Shown one piece after another: positions 10,213 through 18,499 of a DNA stretch of 64,000 bases. A program made the position numbers and the translations under genes. Every line of letters begins with the position of its first letter. The stretch's first letter is position 1. The stretch lies in contig JBEPZV010000007.1 of the NCBI GenBank assembly GCA_041640655.1, positions 19,151 to 83,150 of the forward strand. The letters are read 5' to 3'. The notes beneath the pieces are model-generated. The model was not told the origin of the DNA. It did no database searches and worked only from the letters and a program-made list of their open reading frames with translations. Source of the DNA: a bacterium. Its GTDB lineage: Bacteria > Acidobacteriota > Blastocatellia > HR10.

Positions 10213-12096
10213 ATGACGGCGACACTCACGGAACTCCGCGAAGTGGCCCAACGTCTCCGACGCAACTGTGTGCGTATGACGACCGAAGCGGGATCCGGTC
10301 ATCCGACCTCCTGCCTCTCGGCGGCCGATCTGATCGCCGCCGTGTTCTTCCGCGCGCTGCGCTATGACGTGCGCCATATTCACCATCCCACGAACGATCG
10401 GTTCATCCTCTCCAAAGGGCATGCGGCGCCGCTGCTCTATGCGGTCTGGGCGGAGGCCGGGGCCATTCCGGCCGAGCGACTCATGACGCTCCGGCGCGTT
10501 GAGAGCGAGTTGGAGGGGCATCCGACGCCCCGCTTCCCATGGGCGGAAGTCGCCACGGGATCGCTCGGTCAGGGCCTCTCGATCGGCGTGGGCATGGCCC
10601 TGGCGGGGAAGTATCTCGATCGGCTCGATTATCGCGTCTACGTCCTGCTGGGGGATGGCGAGACGGCGGAAGGAGCCGTCTGGGAAGCTGTCGCTCTGGC
10701 CGCCTACTACCGCCTCAACAACCTCATCGCCCTTGTGGACGTCAATCGCCTTGGCCAAAGCCAGGCGACCATGTACGGTCACGATCTCGACTCATACGAG
10801 CGGCGGTTTCGCGCTTTCGGCTGGCACGCGATCTCGATAGATGGACACGATCTGGAGCAGATCGTCCGCGCACTGGATGATGCGCGGCGCAGTGAGGAGC
10901 GTCCGGTCGCCATCATCGCCCGGACGGTGAAAGGGAAGGGCGTCTCCTTCCTGGAGGATAAAGAGGGATGGCATGGGAAGCCGCTGAGACGCGGTGAGGA
11001 GACCGAACGGGCACTGCGGGACCTCGGCGTTCCAGAGCACTGGCCGATCGGGGAGATCGAACCACCGGCAGGACTCCAACTGCTCTCCCCTCCCCCTCTT
11101 CCCGATGGAGCGAGCGCGGTCCAATCCTCTGCACCGAACGACCTCTGGCCGCTCCCCGCCTATCGCCTCGGCGATCAGGTGGCGACGCGCGAAGCCTATG
11201 GAACGGGACTCGTACGCGCGGGCCGGATGAATCCCCGCATCGTCGCCCTCGATGGGGACACGAAGAATTCCACGTTCTCGGAGAAATTCCAGCAGGCCTA
11301 TCCTCACCGGTTCTTCGAGAAGTTCATCGCCGAGCAGAACATGGTGGGCGCGGCCATCGGGCTGGCCGCGCGCGGCTATATCCCCTTCGTCTCCACCTTC
11401 GCCTGCTTCCTCACCCGCGCATTTGATCACATTCGAATGGCCGGCATCTCGCGCGCGAACATCAAACTCTGTGGCTCGCACGCCGGAGTCTCCATCGGTG
11501 AAGATGGCCCCTCGCAGATGGGGCTCGAAGACCTGGCCATGATGCGCGCCATCCCGGGATCGGTCGTCCTCTATCCCTCCGACGCCGTCTCGACCGAGCG
11601 GGCGGTGGAGCTGGCTGCCGCTCATCACGGCATCGTCTACATTCGAACGACGCGACCGAAGACGCCCGTGCTCTATCCGAATGAAGAACCGTTCGCCATC
11701 GGCCAATGCAAGATCCTGAGGCAGGACCCGCGAGATCGGCTCACACTCGTAGCCGCCGGCATCACGCTTCATGAAGCGTTGCGGGCCTACGAGGAGCTGA
11801 AGAACCAGGGGATCTCCGTCCGCGTCATTGACCTCTTCTCGGTCAAGCCTCTGGATCGCGAGACCCTGTGCCGCGCCGCTCGCGACACGGGAGGAATCAT
11901 CCTGACGGTGGAGGATCATTACCCGGAGGGGGGATTGGGCGATGCCGTTGCTTCGGCCCTCTCCGAAGATGGCCTGCGCGTCGTGAAACTGGCCGTGACT
12001 GATCTCCCGCGCTCGGGCAAGCCGGAAGAGCTTCTCGATCGCTATGGCATCAGCGCCCGCCGGATCGTTGAGCGCGCGCGCGAACTCATCGGGTGA
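10213..12096 (+). CDS. tkt: transketolase (single chain, ~627 aa)
   Basis: SGHPTSCLS, LSKGHAAP, ATGSLGQG, GDGE...N TPP-binding motif, IAEQNM, GEDGPSQM. Confidence 0.95.
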   Translation: MTATLTELREVAQRLRRNCVRMTTEAGSGHPTSCLSAADLIAAVFFRALRYDVRHIHHPTNDRFILSKGHAAPLLYAVWAEAGAIPAERLMTLRRVESELEGHPTPRFPWAEVATGSLGQGLSIGVGMALAGKYLDRLDYRVYVLLGDGETAEGAVWEAVALAAYYRLNNLIALVDVNRLGQSQATMYGHDLDSYERRFRAFGWHAISIDGHDLEQIVRALDDARRSEERPVAIIARTVKGKGVSFLEDKEGWHGKPLRRGEETERALRDLGVPEHWPIGEIEPPAGLQLLSPPPLPDGASAVQSSAPNDLWPLPAYRLGDQVATREAYGTGLVRAGRMNPRIVALDGDTKNSTFSEKFQQAYPHRFFEKFIAEQNMVGAAIGLAARGYIPFVSTFACFLTRAFDHIRMAGISRANIKLCGSHAGVSIGEDGPSQMGLEDLAMMRAIPGSVVLYPSDAVSTERAVELAAAHHGIVYIRTTRPKTPVLYPNEEPFAIGQCKILRQDPRDRLTLVAAGITLHEALRAYEELKNQGISVRVIDLFSVKPLDRETLCRAARDTGGIILTVEDHYPEGGLGDAVASALSEDGLRVVKLAVTDLPRSGKPEELLDRYGISARRIVERARELIG

Positions 12097-12180
12097 GAGC
12101 GCACAAGTGGCGCGAGCACCGTCCTGCGCTCCGGGAGCCCTTCACGCGGTTCTCGAAGGCATCCTCCAAGAGCGCACGCT

Positions 12181-12209
12181 TTGAAAAGCGCGCATCAGGG
12201 CGGTACACT
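12181..12209 (+). promoter_or_regulatory. putative sigma-70 promoter of the XRE regulator
   Basis: TTGAAA-N17-TACACT, followed by GGAGG and ATG 12230. Confidence 0.6.
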
Positions 12210-12229
12210 GAATGTGGGAGGAGGGGGCC

Positions 12230-12469
12230 ATGAAGCGAGATCTCGCCAAAGAGTTTGGCCAAGCCTTGCGCCAGTTGCGTCAGGCGCGCCGGTTCACGCA
12301 AGAGGCCCTGAGCGAGCGCGCGGAGATCTCCGTCGAATACCTCAGCCGGATCGAGCGCGGACTTCCCAAATCGCCGCCCTCCTGGAACGTCCTCGAACGA
12401 CTCGCGCGAGCACTCGGCATCATCGTCGAGAAGCACGACACGAGCTGGACGATCAAGCTCGCCGCCTGA
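12230..12469 (+). CDS. XRE/Cro-family HTH transcriptional regulator
   Basis: FGQALRQLRQARRFTQEALSERAEISVEYLSRIERG...PSWNVLERLARALG. Confidence 0.9.
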   Translation: MKRDLAKEFGQALRQLRQARRFTQEALSERAEISVEYLSRIERGLPKSPPSWNVLERLARALGIIVEKHDTSWTIKLAA

Positions 12470-12621
12470 CGCCGGAGCGCGCAGGCCGAAAGCGAAGCTC
12501 CTGAGGTGATGAGGACTTCATTTTCCTCACACCGCCCCTGCGATCGGCGAGCGCGCACGATGCTCAGCAGCTTTGCGCACGAACCTCGGCGCCCACGGAG
12601 ACGCTCACAACATCCGACCGA

Positions 12622-13035
12622 CTATGCGAACGGTGACAGGGTCCTCCCCGTCTGCGACGGAACGTCCGGCGATCGCCTCTGCCGACGATTGAGGACACGG
12701 TGAACTTCTGTGAGGAACTCTGTCGGATCACTCGATTTCAAGACGTAGCTCTCGGCCAACCACGTGGTGTAATCATCCTGGAAGGATGTGTAGGCCGTGA
12801 GGATGATGACAGGGACATGCGCAGGATGGCTCGCGATCTGCTGCAGCAGCTCCAGCCCATTGCATGTCCCCAGCCGAATATCGAGGATGACGAGATCAGG
12901 CCTCTCAACGTCCAGGAGCCTCAAAGCATCCGGCCCCGAAGGCGCCTCGACGACCTCATGCCCCTCATCGGCTAAGACGGCGGAATAAAACAGGCGAATA
13001 CTGGGCTCATCATCCACGAGCAGAATTCTCGCCAT
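12622..13035 (-). CDS. single-domain response regulator (receiver)
   Basis: ILLVDDE, DLVILDI (phospho-Asp), GLELL, VIILTA, YVLKS. Confidence 0.92.
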   Translation of the reverse strand: MARILLVDDEPSIRLFYSAVLADEGHEVVEAPSGPDALRLLDVERPDLVILDIRLGTCNGLELLQQIASHPAHVPVIILTAYTSFQDDYTTWLAESYVLKSSDPTEFLTEVHRVLNRRQRRSPDVPSQTGRTLSPFA

Positions 13036-13137
13036 GGCCACTCTCCTTTCCTCACACGACCGGCCCTGATGCCGCTGCCCCCTTCAGCAGCGCACCGGAC
13101 CGGATCAGGGGATGAGCCCACTCCGCGATCGGAGGCG

Positions 13138-13341
13138 CTAGACCGAATACCGCCTCAATTGCTCCGCCTCTTCAAGAAGCTGCTCGAGGCGAGAGACCAA
13201 GGAATGAGTCTCCACCGAATCTTCGCACTCCTGCATGAGCCGACGTGCAAGCCGCAGGATCTCCTCATGCACTTCATCCCACCGGGCCCATCGTTCGCTC
13301 TCGCTCTCAAACTCCCATCCCCCATTGAGATCGCCTCTCAT
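13138..13341 (-). CDS. small acidic helical hypothetical protein (67 aa)
   Basis: Strong GGAGGAGG SD before ATG 13341. Coiled-coil-like sequence, co-oriented with the response regulator. Confidence 0.6.
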   Translation of the reverse strand: MRGDLNGGWEFESESERWARWDEVHEEILRLARRLMQECEDSVETHSLVSRLEQLLEEAEQLRRYSV

Positions 13342-13612
13342 TGTTCGTCCTCCTCCCATCGGCGATCTCCTATCGAGCGAGACCTCCACACGAGCGACCG
13401 CATGGAGTCCCTAAAACCGCCAGGCAGTTTACCACATCTCGAAGGGCGAGGACAGGACCTAATAGGTCGGGTCCAGAAGCGCGCGTCGCGATGCCTCGCA
13501 CGCCAGCCGCGCGGTGACGACTGCCTCAACAGGCGCGTATGGAGCTGCACGCCATGTGCTCCCGATGCTCCATTGACGGGATCTGGGACGGGAGAGAATA
13601 ATCTCCACGGTT

Positions 13613-14101
13613 GTGAGCACGTCGCTCTATCAGCAGCTTCTGGACAAGGCCTTCCGGCTTCTGGCGCGCAAGGCGCGGAGCGCGGCCGAGCTGCGCGCCA
13701 AGCTCTTGGAGAAAGCGCCTGGGGAGGAGGCGCTCGTCGAGCGCGTCCTCGCTCGCGTGCGTGAGCTCGGCTACCTGAACGATGAACAATTGGCGAGTGA
13801 TTATGCCACGGCACGGCTGCAACTCAAGCCCATGGGTCGGCGACGGCTTCGGGAAGAGCTGCGTCGAAGACTCCTTCCGGAGGACGCGATTGAGTCGGCT
13901 CTCGATCAGGCCTATGGGCAAACGGATGAAGACAGCTTGATCGCGCGCGCCGTCGGCAAATGGGTGCGCATGAGAGGGACGCCGCGAACAAAGGCCGATG
14001 TGAAACGCCTCTTCGATCACCTGGTGCGACTCGGTTTCGACTATGAGCGCATCCGCCGCGTGGTGCGAGAGGTCTCCCGGGTCCGCTGGGACGAGGAATG
14101 A
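13613..14101 (+). CDS. recX: regulatory protein RecX
   Basis: AFRLLARKARSAAELRAKL, GYLNDEQLA, GRRRLREELRRR and HLVRLGFD match the RecX three-helix repeat pattern. Confidence 0.88.
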   Translation: MSTSLYQQLLDKAFRLLARKARSAAELRAKLLEKAPGEEALVERVLARVRELGYLNDEQLASDYATARLQLKPMGRRRLREELRRRLLPEDAIESALDQAYGQTDEDSLIARAVGKWVRMRGTPRTKADVKRLFDHLVRLGFDYERIRRVVREVSRVRWDEE

Positions 14102-14137
14102 GGATGCGCCGATGGCGTCCCGTCCCCCCGCAGCGGG

Positions 14138-14818
14138 TCAGAACTGCACCTGTGGGACGCGCGTCGCTTCCGGTGCGGCTTTGAAGTAATCCTCCGCGCG
14201 CTCGAAGCCGAAGAGGCGCGCGACGAGGACCGAGGGGAATCGAGAGGTCGCGATGTTGTACTCCTGAACGGCCTGAATGTAATCCCGGCGCGCGACGGCG
14301 ATGCGATTCTCGCTTCCGGCCAATTCGTCCATCAACCGCTGAAAGGTCTCACTGGAGCGCAATTCGGGATATTGCTCGGCGAGCGAGAGCACTTGCACGC
14401 GCAATTGCGGCAGAAGCGCCTCGATCTGCGCGTTCGCCTGGACGCGCTCCTGCGGCGTCGCATCGGGTGCGAGCAACTTGGCCCGCGCCTCCGCGATTCG
14501 TGTGAAGACCTCCACCTCTTGTTTTGTGATCCCACGGACCGTATTCACCAGATTCGGGATCAGATCGGCGCGCCGTTGCATCTGATTCTCCACCTGTGAC
14601 CACCGACTGCGCACAGCCTCACGCTTGGCGACCAGGCTGTTATAGGTCGAGACGGAGTAGCCGCCGAAGAGGAGGATCAGCGCGCCCAGGATAACGCCCC
14701 CAAGGAGCATGCGTCGTCGCCTCTGCTGGCGCGCTCGCGCGAGCTGCTCCTGTTCGCGGAGGTAGACGTGACGAAACTCCTCTCGCGCTCCCGATCCCGG
14801 TTCCAACCATTCGCTCAT
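14138..14818 (-). CDS. lemA: LemA family protein
   Basis: One TM, then YNSLV...WSQVENQMQRRADLIPNLVNTV, EQYPELRS, LAGSENRIAVARRDY, FPSVLVARLFGF. Confidence 0.95.
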   Translation of the reverse strand: MSEWLEPGSGAREEFRHVYLREQEQLARARQQRRRRMLLGGVILGALILLFGGYSVSTYNSLVAKREAVRSRWSQVENQMQRRADLIPNLVNTVRGITKQEVEVFTRIAEARAKLLAPDATPQERVQANAQIEALLPQLRVQVLSLAEQYPELRSSETFQRLMDELAGSENRIAVARRDYIQAVQEYNIATSRFPSVLVARLFGFERAEDYFKAAPEATRVPQVQF

Positions 14819-15534
14819 AGCTTCTCCTCCAGATGATCCACGCGCTCGACGACCGCTTGAATGGCGCCCAGGTACGCGGCGAAGAGCCGCTCAGCCTCAT
14901 CAAGCGGAAGCGCACGTTTGGCCTCCCGAAGGTTCAGGACCGCCCGAAACGGCGCCACATCGAGCGCGAGCACATCGCCCAACCGCTCGACGATCTCTCG
15001 CCGCTTCAGGGGAGGTTCGGAGAGGCCGAAAAGTCGAAGGGCGTGTCGGAAGAGGACCGTGAAGCTCGCGATCGAATCGGTCATGAGTGCCATCACCCGC
15101 TCGGCGCTCTGACTCGCCGGGATATACAACTCCCGCAGCCGAATGAGCTTGCCGCGCAGCTCATATTCGAGCTGATGGCGCAGGTGAAGCGTCGGCACGT
15201 CCAATCCCGCGAAAGGATCCTCTCCGTAGAGAACGCGATGCGCCGCGCTCATGTCGAGGAACTCCATCGGAAAGACGTCCACCGCATCGGCGATCTCCTC
15301 CCGCGTGAAATAGAGCGGCAGCGGGTGTCCGCGCGCCTGCCACTCTTCGACCACGGGACGCGCGGCTCGAAGATCCGCCGGCGTGATCGTCTCCAAAACG
15401 ACCAGGACGTTGTAGTTCGAGCGCTCTGGATCGAAATCGCCCGTGACGACTGACCCATAGAGCACGATCGAGAGGAGCCGCGATCCGTGCGCTTCTTTCA
15501 ATCCCTCGACGAGCCTCGTCAGGTCATCCGCCAT
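14815..15534 (-). CDS. nucleotidyltransferase (Pol-beta-like) domain protein, possibly degenerate
   Basis: LLSIVLYGSVVTGDF...SNYNVLVVL, DVFPMEFLDM and VLYGEDP, followed by a helical C-terminal domain. Confidence 0.75.
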   Translation of the reverse strand: MADDLTRLVEGLKEAHGSRLLSIVLYGSVVTGDFDPERSNYNVLVVLETITPADLRAARPVVEEWQARGHPLPLYFTREEIADAVDVFPMEFLDMSAAHRVLYGEDPFAGLDVPTLHLRHQLEYELRGKLIRLRELYIPASQSAERVMALMTDSIASFTVLFRHALRLFGLSEPPLKRREIVERLGDVLALDVAPFRAVLNLREAKRALPLDEAERLFAAYLGAIQAVVERVDHLEEKL

Positions 15535-15549
15535 GACACGCCGCTCCAC

Positions 15550-16410
15550 TCACCAACTCCCGCTCGCTCCCCCGCCGCCGAAAGATCCTCCACCGAAGCC
15601 GCCGAAGCCTCCTCCACGAAATCCTCCCCACCCGTGCGAGCTTCCTCCGATATGGCCACCGAATCCTCCCGATCCCCCGCCGCTGAAGATGATGGGATAC
15701 CAAAGCCAATCCGAATCTCGATAGGGCCCCGAGCGCATGGCTCGTCCCCCTCGCCGCCTCCCTGTGCCCGTCGTCGCCGCCAGAACGAAAGCGAGAATGA
15801 AAAGCAGCACCAGCAGGATCACGAGGCCCATTCCCACAGCCGGAGCCGATCGCCGCTCCGGAGCATACGCGAGCGAAGCATCCACCTCTTCGATCGTCAC
15901 CCCTCGCTTCTTGGCGAGCGTGGCGACGATCGTTTGCAGACCCAACTCCAGCCCTTCGCCGTACTTCCCCTCTCGAAAATAGGGGACCATGCGCCGGCCG
16001 ACCTCCCCGACCAAGCCATCGGGCAATTCCCCTTCCAGTCCATATCCGACTTCGATGCGCCATTTCCGCTCATTCGGGGCGACGAGGATGAGCAAGCCCG
16101 TGTCCTCCCCCTTTCGACCGATCCCCCATCGGCGCGCCAGCTCGATCGAGTACTCCTCAATGGGCCGATCGCCGAGCGAGGGGACGGTCACCACGGCGAT
16201 CTCCACGCCCAGTTTCGAACGCACTCGGCGAATGAGCGCCTCCATGCGCGATTGGCTCTCCGCCGCGAGGACGCCCGCGAAGTCGTTGACATAGCCCCGA
16301 GGAGCAGGAAAATCCTCACCCCGCGCGACGTGGCCGATCGCGAAGCCGAGGAGCGCAAGTGCGCAGATCGCCCGACGTATGGTCGCGCCTATACCTCGCA
16401 TCATGCCCAT
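15550..16410 (-). CDS. TPM-domain (YgcG-like) membrane protein
   Basis: Signal peptide, GYVNDFAGVL, WGIGRKGEDTGLLILVA, RIEVGYGLEG, one TM, Gly-rich tail ending GGGSFGGGGASGSW. Confidence 0.93.
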   Translation of the reverse strand: MGMMRGIGATIRRAICALALLGFAIGHVARGEDFPAPRGYVNDFAGVLAAESQSRMEALIRRVRSKLGVEIAVVTVPSLGDRPIEEYSIELARRWGIGRKGEDTGLLILVAPNERKWRIEVGYGLEGELPDGLVGEVGRRMVPYFREGKYGEGLELGLQTIVATLAKKRGVTIEEVDASLAYAPERRSAPAVGMGLVILLVLLFILAFVLAATTGTGRRRGGRAMRSGPYRDSDWLWYPIIFSGGGSGGFGGHIGGSSHGWGGFRGGGFGGFGGGSFGGGGASGSW

Positions 16411-16511
16411 AGCTTACCAGACCTCCTCCTGATACGCCAACGGTATGGGTCCCCGCTGGGACAGTCGGCAACACTGCACCCGCCCATCTATCCTCCATGC
16501 TCCACTCATTG

Positions 16512-17240
16512 TTACGACAGCTGACGCAGCAGACGCGCCAACGCCTCTCGCGGGTGCGCGCTCTCCAGGATCGGGCGGCCAATGACGAGATAATCGGCCC
16601 CGGCCCCTAGAGCTTCCTCCGGCGTCGCGCGACGCTGCTGATCATGGACGGAAGCACCGGCTGGGCGAATTCCCGGGACCACGATCGCGAACTCGCGGTC
16701 CGGGATGGCCGCGCGAATGCGCCGGATCTCCCGCGCGGAGGCCACGACCCCTCCGACTCCACACGCGTGGGCCAGGTGCGCCAGGGCGACGGCGATCTCT
16801 TCAAGTTCGGCTCGCACGCCCACTCTCGCCAGATCTTCAGCTCCCAGACTCGTCAAAACCGTCACGGCGAGGATACGCGGCCGAGCGATCCCCTCGCGCG
16901 CGCAGAAATCCGTGACGGCTTCGACGACGGCTCGCATCATCGCTTCCCCCCCAAGGGCATGAATGGTGAACATGCGGACGCCCAGACGCGCCGCTTCGAC
17001 CCCCGCGCGAGCGACCACGGTCGGAATGTCGTGGAACTTGAGATCCAGGAACACGCGCTCCCCCCGCCGGACGAGCTCGCGCACCAAATCCGGCCCAACG
17101 GCCGTGAACAGCTGGCTTCCGACCTTATACGCTCCGACCAGACCGCAGGTCTGCTCGACGATCCGCAGAGCCTGCTCAGCTGTGGGGACATCGAGCGCCA
17201 GAATCAGCCGATCCCTCAGCTCCGGTTTCTCGCCAGTCAT
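16512..17240 (-). CDS. pyrF: orotidine-5'-phosphate decarboxylase
   Basis: LILALDV, FLDLKFHDIP, AVTVLTS, PGIRP, GADYLVIGRPI. Confidence 0.97.
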   Translation of the reverse strand: MTGEKPELRDRLILALDVPTAEQALRIVEQTCGLVGAYKVGSQLFTAVGPDLVRELVRRGERVFLDLKFHDIPTVVARAGVEAARLGVRMFTIHALGGEAMMRAVVEAVTDFCAREGIARPRILAVTVLTSLGAEDLARVGVRAELEEIAVALAHLAHACGVGGVVASAREIRRIRAAIPDREFAIVVPGIRPAGASVHDQQRRATPEEALGAGADYLVIGRPILESAHPREALARLLRQLS

Positions 17241-17288
17241 CGGCTTCTCCTCCCGCGCGAAGATGGCCAAGCGCGCTCACCTCGCGCC

Positions 17289-18467
17289 TCATCGGTTTTC
17301 GACCCGGCGGAGAATCCGCCGAATCCCCTCCTGGAACACCTCGGGAGGCGGGAGCAGGCTGAGGACGAAATATCCCTCCCCCTCGAAGTCGAAGAAATAT
17401 CCGGGATGCACGAGGACGCCCTCTTGCTCCAGCAGTTCGATGGCGAAGGCCTCGTCATCGCGCACATCGGGCAGGTGCAAGATCGCATACCATCCCCCCT
17501 CGGCGTCCAGGTATCGGCAGCCGCTCGATCGTCCGACACGCTGACGCAGATACTCTCGATTCGCCCTCACGCGCTCCCTGATCCGCCCACGGAGCCCCTC
17601 CCGCACGCGCATCCACTGGGGGAGGGCCCGCGCGACCGGTGTGCTCACGGAGAGATAAGTATCGCCGATGATCTCCAGTCGAAGGAGCGCCTCGCGCACC
17701 ATCGCCTCGGGGCCGGTGACGCCAATCCACGCGAGCTTCATCTGCGGCAGCCCAAGCAGCTTCGAGACACCGCCGAGGACGAAGACCAGCACGTCCACCC
17801 CCTCCTCCCGAAGGAGCGTTCCGACCCGCTCCGCGTCTTCCGCATAGGCGTAATCCAGAAAGACCTCGTCGCTGATCACGACCACTCCCTGCTTCGCGCA
17901 GCACGCGAGAATCTGCTCCCACTCGCTCCGCTTCACAAACGAACCGGTCGGATTGTTCGGGTTCACTAAGACGACGGCGCGCGTCCTCGGCCCGAGAGCG
18001 GCGCGCACGCTCTCGACATCAATGCCCCACCGGCCACCGTACACCAACCGGTAGGCGTCCAGCTCGACGTCGTTCAAATCGGCGAGGAATCCGAAGAGCG
18101 GATAGCTCGGCCTGGGGACGAGGACACGATCCCCTGGATCGGCGAGCAATCGAAAGAGGAACGTATACGCCTCGCTCGTGCTCGCCGTCAGAATGAGGCG
18201 ATCCGGATCCGCACGCGCGCCCTGCTCGGCATAGTACTGCGCGATCGCCTCGCGGGCCGATCGCAGACCCTGAGGCGCGGGTTCATATCGCAGATTCTCT
18301 GAGGAGAGAAAGGGCGTCAGGATCACGTCGCGCGGATACTCGAAGGCGCACCGGGTGGGATTGGATTCCGTCAGGTCCAGGATGGGCTCGCCGCGCTCGC
18401 GTCGCTCGCGCACGCGACGCGTCAGCTCGTTCACCGCCGTCGGCCATTGGGTCCGTCGAGCGAACAT
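17289..18467 (-). CDS. PLP-dependent aminotransferase class I/II
   Basis: VNPNNPTG, SDEVFLDY, GGVSKLLGLPQMKLAW (PLP lysine). Start MFARRT at 18467. Confidence 0.9.
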   Translation of the reverse strand: MFARRTQWPTAVNELTRRVRERRERGEPILDLTESNPTRCAFEYPRDVILTPFLSSENLRYEPAPQGLRSAREAIAQYYAEQGARADPDRLILTASTSEAYTFLFRLLADPGDRVLVPRPSYPLFGFLADLNDVELDAYRLVYGGRWGIDVESVRAALGPRTRAVVLVNPNNPTGSFVKRSEWEQILACCAKQGVVVISDEVFLDYAYAEDAERVGTLLREEGVDVLVFVLGGVSKLLGLPQMKLAWIGVTGPEAMVREALLRLEIIGDTYLSVSTPVARALPQWMRVREGLRGRIRERVRANREYLRQRVGRSSGCRYLDAEGGWYAILHLPDVRDDEAFAIELLEQEGVLVHPGYFFDFEGEGYFVLSLLPPPEVFQEGIRRILRRVENR

Positions 18468-18499
18468 CGGCTTTTCAGCATACCGCAGTTTCGCGCATT

